A DNA stretch of 20,000 nt from an uncultured virus (IMG/VR IMGVR_UViG_3300009184_000002) (IMGVR_UViG_3300009184_000002), one strand, 5' to 3'; shown: positions 1 through 9,654, counted from the first letter of the stretch. Made by a program: numbers and translations. The notes: generated by a model from the sequence alone, not told the origin.

Positions 1-2916
1 TTCTGGTCGGAATTGTTGCGCTGGTTCGGCTTCAAATTGTTGAGCAACATTTTCTAATTCACGACCGGGTGTATGCAAACCTTCATCTCGTAAACGCTGA
101 ACAGCTTCCATAACAGTACCATGAGTATAGTTACCCATACCATATTGCTCGGGGTGATAATAAATATCATTGTTAACAGATTGCATTACATCTGGATCAC
201 CGTTTGCATATTCTTGTAAATATGGATCTTCATAAGTAAGGCGAAGTTGTTGACTAAGCTTTTCATAAGCCTCTTGTGTAGCTTGTGTGCCTTTTCTTTT
301 TGGCGGTTCTGACAAATCAATACCCAACTCAGTTGCCTTTAAAGCAAAATCATCCGCAGTAAAAAATCTTGGGATTAATTTTTCGTCAGTTACTTTATCA
401 AGGAAATTTTCAACAGTATTAACATCCCAATGAGAATGGTTGTCCATAATATTACCAATGGTATCGTAGGTACGAGTCAGATCACCCACATTAGGTAAAT
501 GATTTAAATCACGAACATCAGTTAGTTTGTCACCCATACTATTTAACCACTGCACCATTTGAGGAATATATTCTTCTTTAATATCCCCATTATCTTTACC
601 TTTCATTTCTGAAATGGATTTTACATTTGCAATAGGAGATAATGCTAATACATCTCTTAATTCGTCAAATTTACTTATAGCCGAGCGCACTGCGTTCTCT
701 TGACCTCGTCTATTTATGTCAGCACTAAACTCATCAATTTGATCGGGATGGTTTTGTAAAATCCACTCATAAATAATACCTTCCCTATCTCTATTAGTTA
801 ATGATTTTTTGTCTAAATCTAATTTTATTGTAGCTTGAGAAACACCTTTAGGATCTTTTAAACTAGCAACTTCAATAGCACCATTTTTAAGACGTTTTAA
901 ATAATTATATTTGTCATACTCTACTTTGCCACGAGGAGGTTTACCTGTGTGCGGTACTAAGTATGGACCGTGACCTTGGTAATCTTGAGTACCATGACAA
1001 CCAGCACCAATACATTGATTTAAGTCAATAGTAATTTGACCTAAGTCACGAGCAGTCATGGCTTCATCAGCGTTTGCCATCTCTGGTGTAATGATGGTCA
1101 TTTTAGAACCGTCATCAAAAGCCATAGCAGTTGGCATTGCCGCAGCACGCTTTGGAACCCACTCTTCAGCACCTTTTTTACTTAACTGAGCTTCCTTAAA
1201 CTCCGCCGCTTTATCTTTAATCATTTGGCGAGTTACTGTAGCAGGTGTGACATTAGACAACTTAGCTGGATCTAAATTACCAGAAATTAAATCTTGGAAT
1301 ACTTGTTTTCTAATTTCTTTAAATCCAGTGCGATCTTCGGGATCATTTAAAAAATCAGAAATTAATTCATTTCTATGTAATTTAGCTGAAACTGGAAAAC
1401 CTTTTTCTGGTCTAAATGAATACGGTCCCTTAGCATAAAGGGAAGCATCCAAATAGTTTTCATATTCCATTCCTTCAGGGGTTGTTGCAGTTATTTTACC
1501 AATTGGTGAGTTTTCTAAAGCCGCCAGTCTTTCTGGTGTATCTGTATAACCGAATAATTTATCGGGAAAATCTTCTCGCCTACTAGCCGCACGTTTTGTT
1601 ATAGTATCTATTTCAAAATCTCTAGGAATTTGTTGCCCAAATATTTCATGGGCAGGCATACCACTTTCGTTAACAGCTTGTAGCAAAGGATCTGTTGCAA
1701 CACCAGTACCCATTTGGTTAGTGATATACTTTTGATATGGACCCATTACCCATGAATTGTAAAGAGGTAATGTTTCTGCAATCTTACTTGCTGTATGTAA
1801 TTGTTTATCAAAATCTGGATTTATATCTGCAGCACCAATTCTTTTAGTGTTATACAATTCTGCAAATTCATCCGCTATTTTTTTACTTAATTCTTCATTT
1901 GAAAGATAACGATCTGGGCTATTTGGATCAAGAGCTAAACCAATACGCTTTGTTCGATAATCCTCAAAATCTGCTAGTAGTTGACGATTATCTATATTGC
2001 GAGGAAAATGCTTTTTTAACTGAGCTTCAAAAGCAGCTGTAGGATCGTTGTATTGAACTTCAGATAAATGTCTACCAAGTTCACCTTGTTCTTTCAGAGG
2101 AGCAGTACTGCCCAAATTGGTAGGCCAGTTACCACCCTTTGGTTTAACAGCGTACATTGGACCACCAGCAGTTGCTAAACCACTAAGGTTAGCGCCGGGT
2201 CGCATACCATAAACCTCAACACTACTCTCTGGGTTCATGTACATGTCGTATGCTTTTTCAGCAAGCGGACGGGAAAGATCACCAGCTACATCAGTAAATT
2301 GAGCAGCACGAGAACCGGCAGTAGGGTACTCACGTTGTACACCAGCTTTAGCATTTGCATAATCCATTGGAAAGTTACGGAAGTCTTCAATGGCTGTTCT
2401 ACCAGCAACACGAAGGTCATCTGGCGTAAAACGTCTACCACCCTGTGGCACCCACAACTCGGGCAATGGTCCAACAGCCTCACCTAATTTACCAATGCCT
2501 TCACTGATATCTCTACCAGCTTGTGTGGGTGGGGTGTACTGCATAGCACGCATGGCTTTAGCAGTATCAGCATTGAAGTTTGCAGTTTGGGGATTTACAG
2601 CTTGATTGCCAATTCCATATGCCGCGGAACCAGCGAGTTGAAATGGTGCCAAGATGGAAGGCATTAAACCTTGGACAAAAGATGCTCCGGGCATTCTTTC
2701 CATGGCAAATTTAGCCAATCCAGTAGGATCAGATAAATAATTGTTTTTTGTTTGAGCAACAGCTTGTTGTTGACGCAATGCTTCTTCACTATTAAGCTGG
2801 GCACGCATCTGAGCTACATTGGCTTCGTTGCCAGCTTTAGGCTGGTTGTAGCCCGGCGGAAGTGCATCTAAACTATCAGCAACATAGGCGCCGGTGATAG
2901 GATCAATATATGCCAT
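1..2916 (-). CDS. Large internal virion/ejection-type (polyvalent-like) protein with a divergent PcfJ-like domain; 3' end lies outside the window (>972 aa)
   Basis: Hand translation: ATG at 2916 (MAYIDPITGAYVADSLDALPPG...), 3 nt after the stop of the upstream gene, and no stop codon down to position 1. It is missing from the ORF track because it runs off the edge. Contains YAVKPKGGNW, YITNQMGT..DP and DLNQCIGAG...YLKRLKNGAIEVASLKDPKGVSQATIKL...ISEMKGKDN...YIPQMVQWLN. Last and largest gene of the ejection block by synteny. Confidence 0.75.
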   Translation of the reverse strand, partial: MAYIDPITGAYVADSLDALPPGYNQPKAGNEANVAQMRAQLNSEEALRQQQAVAQTKNNYLSDPTGLAKFAMERMPGASFVQGLMPSILAPFQLAGSAAYGIGNQAVNPQTANFNADTAKAMRAMQYTPPTQAGRDISEGIGKLGEAVGPLPELWVPQGGRRFTPDDLRVAGRTAIEDFRNFPMDYANAKAGVQREYPTAGSRAAQFTDVAGDLSRPLAEKAYDMYMNPESSVEVYGMRPGANLSGLATAGGPMYAVKPKGGNWPTNLGSTAPLKEQGELGRHLSEVQYNDPTAAFEAQLKKHFPRNIDNRQLLADFEDYRTKRIGLALDPNSPDRYLSNEELSKKIADEFAELYNTKRIGAADINPDFDKQLHTASKIAETLPLYNSWVMGPYQKYITNQMGTGVATDPLLQAVNESGMPAHEIFGQQIPRDFEIDTITKRAASRREDFPDKLFGYTDTPERLAALENSPIGKITATTPEGMEYENYLDASLYAKGPYSFRPEKGFPVSAKLHRNELISDFLNDPEDRTGFKEIRKQVFQDLISGNLDPAKLSNVTPATVTRQMIKDKAAEFKEAQLSKKGAEEWVPKRAAAMPTAMAFDDGSKMTIITPEMANADEAMTARDLGQITIDLNQCIGAGCHGTQDYQGHGPYLVPHTGKPPRGKVEYDKYNYLKRLKNGAIEVASLKDPKGVSQATIKLDLDKKSLTNRDREGIIYEWILQNHPDQIDEFSADINRRGQENAVRSAISKFDELRDVLALSPIANVKSISEMKGKDNGDIKEEYIPQMVQWLNSMGDKLTDVRDLNHLPNVGDLTRTYDTIGNIMDNHSHWDVNTVENFLDKVTDEKLIPRFFTADDFALKATELGIDLSEPPKRKGTQATQEAYEKLSQQLRLTYEDPYLQEYANGDPDVMQSVNNDIYYHPEQYGMGNYTHGTVMEAVQRLRDEGLHTPGRELENVAQQFEAEPAQQFRPE

Positions 2917-2919
2917 CAG

Positions 2920-3864
2920 TTACCTTCTAAAAACTAAACCGCCAGTTGCATATTGAGCAGGTTGTTGCTCATTCCCTTGTTGTGGCTGACCCCTACGCTT
3001 TAAGTATTCTTGGTAAGCCCAGTCAGCACCATGAGCACCGAGTGAGAGTGCACCCATAGGAATGGTCAATGGTGGGTACAATGACGCAGCACCAGCTCCA
3101 GCACCAATAGTACTTAAAGCTCCACTCACATTGTCACCACGGTTAAATTTGTTGTAAGCATCAGCAATTTCATAAGGCATACTAAATGCTTGTAACCATG
3201 GGTTTGATTTAGATAAAGCTTTACCGCCCAACTCACTAGCCATTGAACCGTACTTACCAAGTCTACCCATAAGGCTAGATTCTTTTAATTGTTGAGCAAT
3301 CTGGGCATCTCTTAATGCCGTAGCAGTTGCTCGCTCTGCTTTAAGATCTGGTGGAAGAATAACATTTCCACTTGGACTAATAGAACCACCAGCAGCCGGA
3401 CCACCGGGGCCGATTGCACCAGTCATGCTTTGAGCTTGCTTTAAGCTTTCTTTAGTCATTTGTGAACCAGTAGGCGAAATACCACTCATGGATTTTGTCC
3501 AATTTACATCCGCATTTGGTGTTGCAACACCACGGTTCTGTATCATTTGATTTTGTTTAATCAAATCAGACAACACTTCATTCTGAGTTTTTTGATTAGA
3601 TACTACATTTTCTATGGTCTTAGGTATGTTTTTAAATTGGTTAGCAATCTCCACACCTTTTTTAGTAAGCAGAGCCGCTTCACCAAGACCACCAGCAATC
3701 ACTGGAGGGAATTCTTCACCAGCTTGCTTTTTGGATTGAGCTTCAAGATATTGAATTTGATCGTAAATTCCTTGAGCATCTTTATGAGCTTGGGCATCAC
3801 CCGCTTGGGCTTTAGCGTCAGCGGCACGAAGAAGTTGTTGCAATTCTTGAATGTTGTCACTCAT
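2920..3864 (-). CDS. Putative internal virion/ejection protein (314 aa)
   Basis: Ala/Gly/Gln-rich helical protein with a C-terminal hydrophobic Gly/Ala segment (GALSTIGAGAGAASLYPPLTIPMGALSLG). Ends in QYATGGLVFRR. TAATG-coupled to the upstream gene. Function is inferred from synteny. Confidence 0.55.
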   Translation of the reverse strand: MSDNIQELQQLLRAADAKAQAGDAQAHKDAQGIYDQIQYLEAQSKKQAGEEFPPVIAGGLGEAALLTKKGVEIANQFKNIPKTIENVVSNQKTQNEVLSDLIKQNQMIQNRGVATPNADVNWTKSMSGISPTGSQMTKESLKQAQSMTGAIGPGGPAAGGSISPSGNVILPPDLKAERATATALRDAQIAQQLKESSLMGRLGKYGSMASELGGKALSKSNPWLQAFSMPYEIADAYNKFNRGDNVSGALSTIGAGAGAASLYPPLTIPMGALSLGAHGADWAYQEYLKRRGQPQQGNEQQPAQYATGGLVFRR

Positions 3865-5585
3865 TATTGAATCTCTTTCTTAGTGCCATAGCGTTGTCTC
3901 CAACCTTCTATTTCTTTTGTATCCGCACCTTTAGTTGGGGCTGTTGGACCAAAACCTAATTCGCCACGTTCCATATCGGGAAAATGTTTTTTCAAACGAG
4001 CATCTCGTTCTGCAGTTGCTGCTTTCCAAGCATCTGATTGTTCAAATTTAGCAAACCCAGCTCCTGGATTAGCCTTTTGAAATTTCTGCCATTCAACACC
4101 AAGTTTATCTAAAGTCCTATAACTTTCTGCTGCAATGGTTGCAAAGAAACGATTTGCCTCAACGCTATTGTCTTTAGATAATCCAGCGGCTTTTTCAGAT
4201 AGTTTAGTTTCAAAGTCAGAAATGGCACCAGTGCCTTTAAAGATATCTTGACGAAATTTTAAACTGTTTTGTTCTGCTAAAGCATCAAACTTATTTCCAG
4301 CTTCAATGGCTTCACTTGATAAAGAAGCACGACGAGCAAACGGTTCAATGTCTTTACCAGTTAATAATTTAACGCCTTCAATAGTAGCACCTAAAGCACG
4401 ATTTTTATAACCGTAACCAACCGCCTCTGGAGTTTTATCCAAAATGTTTAACATCACATTGGCTGTACTTAAGTTCTTACCAGCATCCACTGCTGAAGAT
4501 TCAAATGAACCTTGACGAGTACCAGCGGCTTTACCAGCTTCAGCACCAGCTTTTTCAGTGTAGCTTTTCTCACCAGCTTGCTCAGTTAAATATTGTGAAT
4601 AAGTCTTAGGCGCACCAGTTGTTGGAGCAGTTGCAGACATTTGAGTTGTGGTTGGTGCTTGCGCTTGTGTAGATACCACTGGTGTTTCACCAGCTTTTAA
4701 GAAAGCATTTTTGCGTTGCTCCATTGGCATTCTGTTAAACAACTCAGAGGCATCAGCACGATTCATAGTATCGCCCTTAAGACCCAATTCTGTTTTAGCG
4801 TACTCATTTAAACGTTGTTTTGCTGCATCACCTAGATTCTCAAAACGATAGACATCACGATTATCAGCTTGTGCAACAGGAGCACTTGGAGCATTAGCCA
4901 TAGGAGCGTTAGCTACAGGAGCAATAGGAGCTTCTGCATTAGCTACGAGGGCACTACGAGCAGTAGAAATAGGAGTAGCGCCACGCACTTCTAATGGAGT
5001 GCGGCGTTTCATTTCGCCAGCCTTTTCATCAAAGTAATCTTCTTGCTTGTATGTTCCTGGTGCAGTTAAGAATTTAGTTTCTTCTTTAGCATATGAATCA
5101 AACACTTCATTTGCTTTAGCGAGATTGCCTTGTTTTATATATGCTTGGTACGCTTTAAATACTTGAACTGGCACTGGCACACCACGAATGGTATATTCAC
5201 CAGTAGGGGCTTGAGCACCGCCAGTGGGTAATCCAGATAGACTAGCTTTAGGTTCACCCATAGAGGTATTAGCCTCACCCAATTGAGCAAGGTTTACTTT
5301 ACCTTGGGATAGCTGTGCTTGTAAATCTTCTAACTGCTTGGATTGCAACGCACGAGTCTGAGCGCGCTGAGCTAAACCAGCAGATGGACCGGCCGCACCA
5401 CCAGACCACCAAGCAGAAGCATCAGCCAAGTCTTGCATAAAGTAATTCTTTTCTGCAAGTTTTTGATCGTACAGCTTTTGCATATCCTCCAAAATGCCTT
5501 GATTGGTAATGCCGGGCTTTGCAGTAGTTCCTGTTTTAGCAAGAACATCTAATGCACCTGATTCAGTTGTTGAGGTTTCAGCCAT
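3864..5585 (-). CDS. Putative DNA ejection/internal virion protein (573 aa)
   Basis: Ala/Gln/Lys-rich coiled-coil protein with Pro/Ala linkers and a C-terminal G-x-GAISDFE motif of the kind I recall in podophage ejection proteins. Position within the ejection block. Confidence 0.55.
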   Translation of the reverse strand: MAETSTTESGALDVLAKTGTTAKPGITNQGILEDMQKLYDQKLAEKNYFMQDLADASAWWSGGAAGPSAGLAQRAQTRALQSKQLEDLQAQLSQGKVNLAQLGEANTSMGEPKASLSGLPTGGAQAPTGEYTIRGVPVPVQVFKAYQAYIKQGNLAKANEVFDSYAKEETKFLTAPGTYKQEDYFDEKAGEMKRRTPLEVRGATPISTARSALVANAEAPIAPVANAPMANAPSAPVAQADNRDVYRFENLGDAAKQRLNEYAKTELGLKGDTMNRADASELFNRMPMEQRKNAFLKAGETPVVSTQAQAPTTTQMSATAPTTGAPKTYSQYLTEQAGEKSYTEKAGAEAGKAAGTRQGSFESSAVDAGKNLSTANVMLNILDKTPEAVGYGYKNRALGATIEGVKLLTGKDIEPFARRASLSSEAIEAGNKFDALAEQNSLKFRQDIFKGTGAISDFETKLSEKAAGLSKDNSVEANRFFATIAAESYRTLDKLGVEWQKFQKANPGAGFAKFEQSDAWKAATAERDARLKKHFPDMERGELGFGPTAPTKGADTKEIEGWRQRYGTKKEIQ

Positions 5586-5590
5586 TGTTA

Positions 5591-6517
5591 TTACCTATCA
5601 AAATAAAATTCATCATTAGTTCCCGTTTGTGTGTTACCAGAAGCATCTGTGTAGGTATAATCATTCGTTGGAGGATTCATTAATGTATCCATACTTTGAG
5701 CACCAGAGGGTACAAAACTATTGCTACTACTGCTACTACCACCAGTAATTTTATCGATTAATCCTTGTAAGCCATTCTTAATACCGAATTGACCTAATAC
5801 GCCAGTTGTGCCAGCTGGGCCACCAAGAACAGATACTAAACCAGCAATTTGGTTTAGTGGAGAGAGTTGAGTTTGATTGTTAACTGTGGTAGGAGCTTGA
5901 ATACCGCCAAGGATTTTACCATAGTTAGACGCATTGATAAACGGAGCGGCTTGTTGATACTGGCCAGTCTGTAGTAAGTTGTTAATGTTTTCTTGGGACA
6001 CAGTGCCAGCACCAATACCAGCTTGTACGCCAGTAGATTGATTTTGTAATGCCGCTTGGTTTTGCTGAGCAAACAGATTTGCTTGTGCGTCACCCATTGC
6101 TTTATTGTATGCTGTCTGTCCACGCAAGCTACCAAAGTTACCAGAGCCAATAGAAGCAGCATCCACTGGTGCTGTAAACTGTGGCATGATTTGTTGCAAC
6201 TGTTGATTTTGAGCTTGAAACAAACCACCTAATGGTGTGCTAGTGTTTGGTGATACTTGACCAGAGGCATTGGTCATGAACGGATTAGCAGCACCCGATG
6301 CAATGCTTTGTAATGTGCCGGCAGCATTGGTAAATGCATTTGTAGGTCCAGACAAAGCATTTACAGCATTTTGAGCAACTGTTTGACCGGGGGCTGGAGC
6401 GCCTGCATTAGCTTGACCAGCTTGACTAACCACATTTTGTTGGGCGGTATCAAACCAACTCGGTAAAGTTGTGGTTTGTTGCCCTGTGTTAGAAATTAGA
6501 TTATTTAAACCAGCCAT
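5591..6517 (-). CDS. Putative DNA ejection/pilot protein (P22 gp7 / T7 gp14 positional analogue, 308 aa)
   Basis: Gln/Ala/Gly/Asn-rich, almost no charged residues, motifs TTTLPSW and GNFGSLRG, and a C-terminal hydrophobic segment (IAGLVSVLGG). This composition is typical of ejected pilot proteins. Confidence 0.55.
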   Translation of the reverse strand: MAGLNNLISNTGQQTTTLPSWFDTAQQNVVSQAGQANAGAPAPGQTVAQNAVNALSGPTNAFTNAAGTLQSIASGAANPFMTNASGQVSPNTSTPLGGLFQAQNQQLQQIMPQFTAPVDAASIGSGNFGSLRGQTAYNKAMGDAQANLFAQQNQAALQNQSTGVQAGIGAGTVSQENINNLLQTGQYQQAAPFINASNYGKILGGIQAPTTVNNQTQLSPLNQIAGLVSVLGGPAGTTGVLGQFGIKNGLQGLIDKITGGSSSSSNSFVPSGAQSMDTLMNPPTNDYTYTDASGNTQTGTNDEFYFDR

Positions 6518-6518
6518 T

Positions 6519-8900
6519 TTATTTTCTCGCTTTACGTTTTGCGTCTGTCAAATATGACAAGGGACCTTTACTATCGGGGGGTAGACGACGACCACTTGCT
6601 TTACGCTTATGTTCTCTAATTACACGCAAAAACTCGTCTAAGATTTTTGCACCTGAATCATTACTACCATTACCTAAATTGGATACCACATCCGCTGGAA
6701 TTACAAACTCACCGTTTGCTAACATAGCCGGTATACTATCACTAGTGCCGTCACCAGAGCCTTTAACATAACGGTTATCTAAGGAAGCACCACCCTCAGA
6801 ATAAAACTGTGGCTCAAATTTACTATTTACTCCAAAATGCCCGTCATTAAAACCAAACTGATTTTCCATTATGCCACCATCGGCTTTAGTTGGGAGACCA
6901 GCTAAATTATAGCTCACATTGTGTTTGGTTAACGCTGCGGTCAGCGGAGTGTCACTAATATTACCGTAGTTATACTCACCTTTATCATTAAATAAAGAAG
7001 ATGAATTTTTAGATGTAGTGGATCCACCAGTTGCGTAATGAGAAAGTCCTGCTAAATCATAATCCATAGGCCTTGTTAAACCCGGTGTTAAATTCATTAA
7101 ACCTGGATTAGTAGCTTGGTTATTTAATTGCTGTGCTGCCAACGCTGATCCACCTACAATGCTACCTAATCCAGAACCAATACCGCCCGATCCTCCACCA
7201 CCTCCAGAACCGCCCGATCCAGAGCCGCCGCCAGCAGTGGGGGGCAACACTGGTTGTATGACAACGGGGCTATTACCACTACCATCGCCAGAACCGCCCG
7301 ATCCAGAGCCATCACCGGTACCAGCAATAGGGCCATTACCATTACCGTTACCTGTGCCATCGCCGGGAATTGGTACATTATTACCAGCATCAATAGGACT
7401 ACTACCGTTACCACCACCGTTTATAGGAACCGATATTCTTTCACCAGTAGTATTGTTATACGCCCAAGTGCTACCATCTGGAGGCATGACAGTTGTGTAT
7501 GCCATTGGTCTATCTAAATTTGGTGGTTGAAGCGAATACCCCTCTGGCACATTCGGTGTTGTTGTAGTGGTAGGCAATCCACCATCATTTGTATTTTTAT
7601 CAACACCATCAATTGTTGCAGCTAATGCAGTATCTAATGGAGATGTGTAAGTACTACCATCTTCATTTACTGGTTGACCATCGTTATTACTAAATCCAGT
7701 TGGACTTGTTTTATCAGGAAATGCTTCTGGAGCATTAGCCGCTGGAGTAACTAAAGGAGTAGTCGGTGCTTGAAAATCATCAGCACTAGTTACAGTAACA
7801 CTACCATTAGAAGCCAATGGAGCATATGCGGGTAATGTTGGATCAGAAGCACCTTGTGCTAAAGCTTTTGCTTCATCTGGATTAAACCCAGCGTCAATAG
7901 CGGCTTTGTAATTTGGGTCTTGTGTAATATCAGCAGTTTGTGTTGAGGAAGGTGATGTTGTGTCTAGTGAATTTAAACCACCCTTAACAGCATCATAGCC
8001 AGCACCAACACCTTGATTAACTAATGAACCACCAGCACTAGTCAAAGCCGCGGTTAGTGGATCGCCACCCATAATAGCTGCTTTAACGGCACCCAATCCA
8101 GCGCTAGTAATTGCTGGGTTGACATCAGTAGGCATTAGATTAGAAACTGCGCTACTGGTTCCACCAGAGATACCACCAATCAAAGCACCAGTTAACGGAT
8201 CACGACCACTTAATACAGCACCCGTTGCACCGCCAGCCGTACCACCAGCAACAGCACCAATTGTTTTGGCGTAATCAGCTAAATCTGTACCAGCGGTTAA
8301 GCCACTAGCATAGCTACCAATACCACCGCCAACAGCACCAGTTAACGCACCGTTAACAGCACCTTGAAGAATGTCACCACCAGTAATAGCAGACTTAGCA
8401 GCACCAATTGCGGCACCTTTAAGTGCTCCTGTTGCAGCAGATTGTAGGGCGGCTTGTGCTGCAGTGCTACCTGCGGCTGCGGCTTCTACAGTAGCTCCAG
8501 CGGCGGCAACACCTTCGGCGGCGGCAACACCAGCGGTAGCAGCTTCGGCGGCAGTTGTTGCTGCAACAACTTCACCAGCTGTGCCCGCGGCTAAGGCTTC
8601 ACCTTCTAAATTCACAGTACCAGCAGTAGCAATAGTTGCTGCAATAGCACCGACCATATACCAACCACCGGGGATAACATCGTTAACTACTTGGTCAACA
8701 GCCGCACCAGCTTCACCTATTGCGGGACCAGGATCTATTTGAGCAAACGCATCAGATACACTTTGTGCAGCATCTGAAATGCCAGAGCCTACCGATTCAA
8801 CAACATCACTACCAGCATCAATAACGGATTGACCAATGTCACCTACCGAACTAACGGTATCGCTAACAAAATCCGAAACTGAATCAGCAACGGAACCCAT
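6519..8900 (-). CDS. Putative internal virion/membrane-penetrating ejection protein (793 aa)
   Basis: N-terminal half has glycine-zipper-like Ala/Gly hydrophobic repeats. A central Pro/Thr and Gly/Ser/Asn low-complexity linker follows. The C-terminal VKGSGDGTSDSIPAMLANGEFVIPADVVS motif is familiar from phage tape-measure and virion proteins. Confidence 0.6.
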   Translation of the reverse strand: MGSVADSVSDFVSDTVSSVGDIGQSVIDAGSDVVESVGSGISDAAQSVSDAFAQIDPGPAIGEAGAAVDQVVNDVIPGGWYMVGAIAATIATAGTVNLEGEALAAGTAGEVVAATTAAEAATAGVAAAEGVAAAGATVEAAAAGSTAAQAALQSAATGALKGAAIGAAKSAITGGDILQGAVNGALTGAVGGGIGSYASGLTAGTDLADYAKTIGAVAGGTAGGATGAVLSGRDPLTGALIGGISGGTSSAVSNLMPTDVNPAITSAGLGAVKAAIMGGDPLTAALTSAGGSLVNQGVGAGYDAVKGGLNSLDTTSPSSTQTADITQDPNYKAAIDAGFNPDEAKALAQGASDPTLPAYAPLASNGSVTVTSADDFQAPTTPLVTPAANAPEAFPDKTSPTGFSNNDGQPVNEDGSTYTSPLDTALAATIDGVDKNTNDGGLPTTTTTPNVPEGYSLQPPNLDRPMAYTTVMPPDGSTWAYNNTTGERISVPINGGGNGSSPIDAGNNVPIPGDGTGNGNGNGPIAGTGDGSGSGGSGDGSGNSPVVIQPVLPPTAGGGSGSGGSGGGGGSGGIGSGLGSIVGGSALAAQQLNNQATNPGLMNLTPGLTRPMDYDLAGLSHYATGGSTTSKNSSSLFNDKGEYNYGNISDTPLTAALTKHNVSYNLAGLPTKADGGIMENQFGFNDGHFGVNSKFEPQFYSEGGASLDNRYVKGSGDGTSDSIPAMLANGEFVIPADVVSNLGNGSNDSGAKILDEFLRVIREHKRKASGRRLPPDSKGPLSYLTDAKRKARK
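7204..7310. repeat. 23-bp exact direct repeat inside the Gly/Ser-rich linker
   Basis: ccagaaccgcccgatccagagcc at 7204-7226 and 7288-7310, encoding GSGSGGSG on the minus strand. A partial third copy (accgcccgatcc) lies at 7182-7193. Confidence 0.85.
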
Positions 8901-9343
8901 TAGGCTTGCTCCTTAACTAGTTGTACAGTAACTTGATACATCTTTCCATCTTTTGATTTTTGGACAGCGTATCCCATGCCTTCGGGTTTATCTCGAGCAA
9001 TGGCTTTAAATATGTTCAAAATAGTAGGATCTTCAAATTGAGTTACCATCACTTTGTAACCCTTTGCTTTCATTTGATCCGTAAATTTTTTACTATGTTC
9101 AATATAATTTTTAGCTGTGTCGGCGTTTAAAGCACGAAAAAAAACATAGCCAACTCTGTCTTTTTGTGGGTGTACAATAAACACAGTGTTACCCATGCGA
9201 ACTGAAAATGCACCGGGCAAAGTTAATTCTTTCATGACAGCTACAAAAGCAACATGCATAGGATATTTAGACTTCGTCTCTTTGACAGAAATCTTGACAA
9301 TATCCTCAAACTCCAGTTGTTCTTTTTTGCTGTCGACTACCAT
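8900..9343 (-). CDS. Phage protein (147 aa), possibly a GNAT-like virion assembly factor (T7 gp13 / P22 gp14 positional analogue)
   Basis: Alpha/beta pattern with FFRALNADTAKNY. Lies between the nozzle region and the ejection genes, and is TAATG-coupled to the 793-aa gene. The fold assignment is inference from synteny only. Confidence 0.4.
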   Translation of the reverse strand: MVVDSKKEQLEFEDIVKISVKETKSKYPMHVAFVAVMKELTLPGAFSVRMGNTVFIVHPQKDRVGYVFFRALNADTAKNYIEHSKKFTDQMKAKGYKVMVTQFEDPTILNIFKAIARDKPEGMGYAVQKSKDGKMYQVTVQLVKEQA

Positions 9344-9360
9344 CTTAGCCTTTATGTTTG

Positions 9361-9402
9361 TCCTATATCTACATATGCAAATATTAGGGTGTTTTCGCCC
9401 TA
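9361..9402 (-). promoter_or_regulatory. Conserved intergenic motif copy 1 (candidate phage late promoter with hairpin)
   Basis: Minus strand TAGGGCGAAAACACCCTAATATTTGCATATGTAGATATAGGA. Matches 15466-15505 at 31 of 40 positions without gaps. Directly upstream of the ejection operon. Confidence 0.6.
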
Positions 9403-9654
9403 CTGAGAAGGACCATTAATAATCTGAGTAAACTCTAACGCCCAATCCTGCCAATTCTCATACAAATCGGGATCCGAAACTGGGTACACGGTAAAGCGTG
9501 GAAGCTGGGATACATTCTTAGCTACCATTTTCCAATCGTTTTCATCAGTAGTATAAGGAATAAGTTCTGTTCCAAAATACATGATTAAGTTACCATTCCA
9601 ATGTTGCCAATCCATGCCCTCGGGATTAAACGGAAAAAATATTTGCTGATCCAT
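9400..9654 (-). CDS. Small Trp-rich phage protein downstream of the nozzle (84 aa)
   Basis: Clean ORF, TAATG-coupled to the nozzle gene, with pattern PEGMDWQHW...DW...P..YENWQDWA. Function unknown. Confidence 0.6.
   Translation of the reverse strand: MDQQIFFPFNPEGMDWQHWNGNLIMYFGTELIPYTTDENDWKMVAKNVSQLPRFTVYPVSDPDLYENWQDWALEFTQIINGPSQ

Noticed and set aside
1247..2605. Short ORFs listed in the track (1247-1438, 2286-2483, 2299-2487, 2390-2605) suggesting a gene-poor or non-coding region
   Set aside because: The region is fully occupied by the long minus-strand ORF 2916 to <1, so these are shadows.
7159..7530. Pro-rich plus-strand ORF (and overlapping 7166-7417, 7254-7517)
   Set aside because: Antisense or alternate-frame shadow of the Gly/Ser-rich linker of the 793-aa gene. 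GGN codons read as CCN on the other strand.
8371..8742. Ala-rich plus-strand ORF
   Set aside because: Antisense shadow of Ala-rich GCN codons in the 793-aa gene.
9361..9402. Sigma54 promoter or plain rho-independent terminator reading of the conserved motif
   Set aside because: GG-to-GC spacing does not fit -24/-12. The stem has a mismatch on the coding strand, and copy 1 lacks a proper U-tract while sequence downstream of the stem is conserved.
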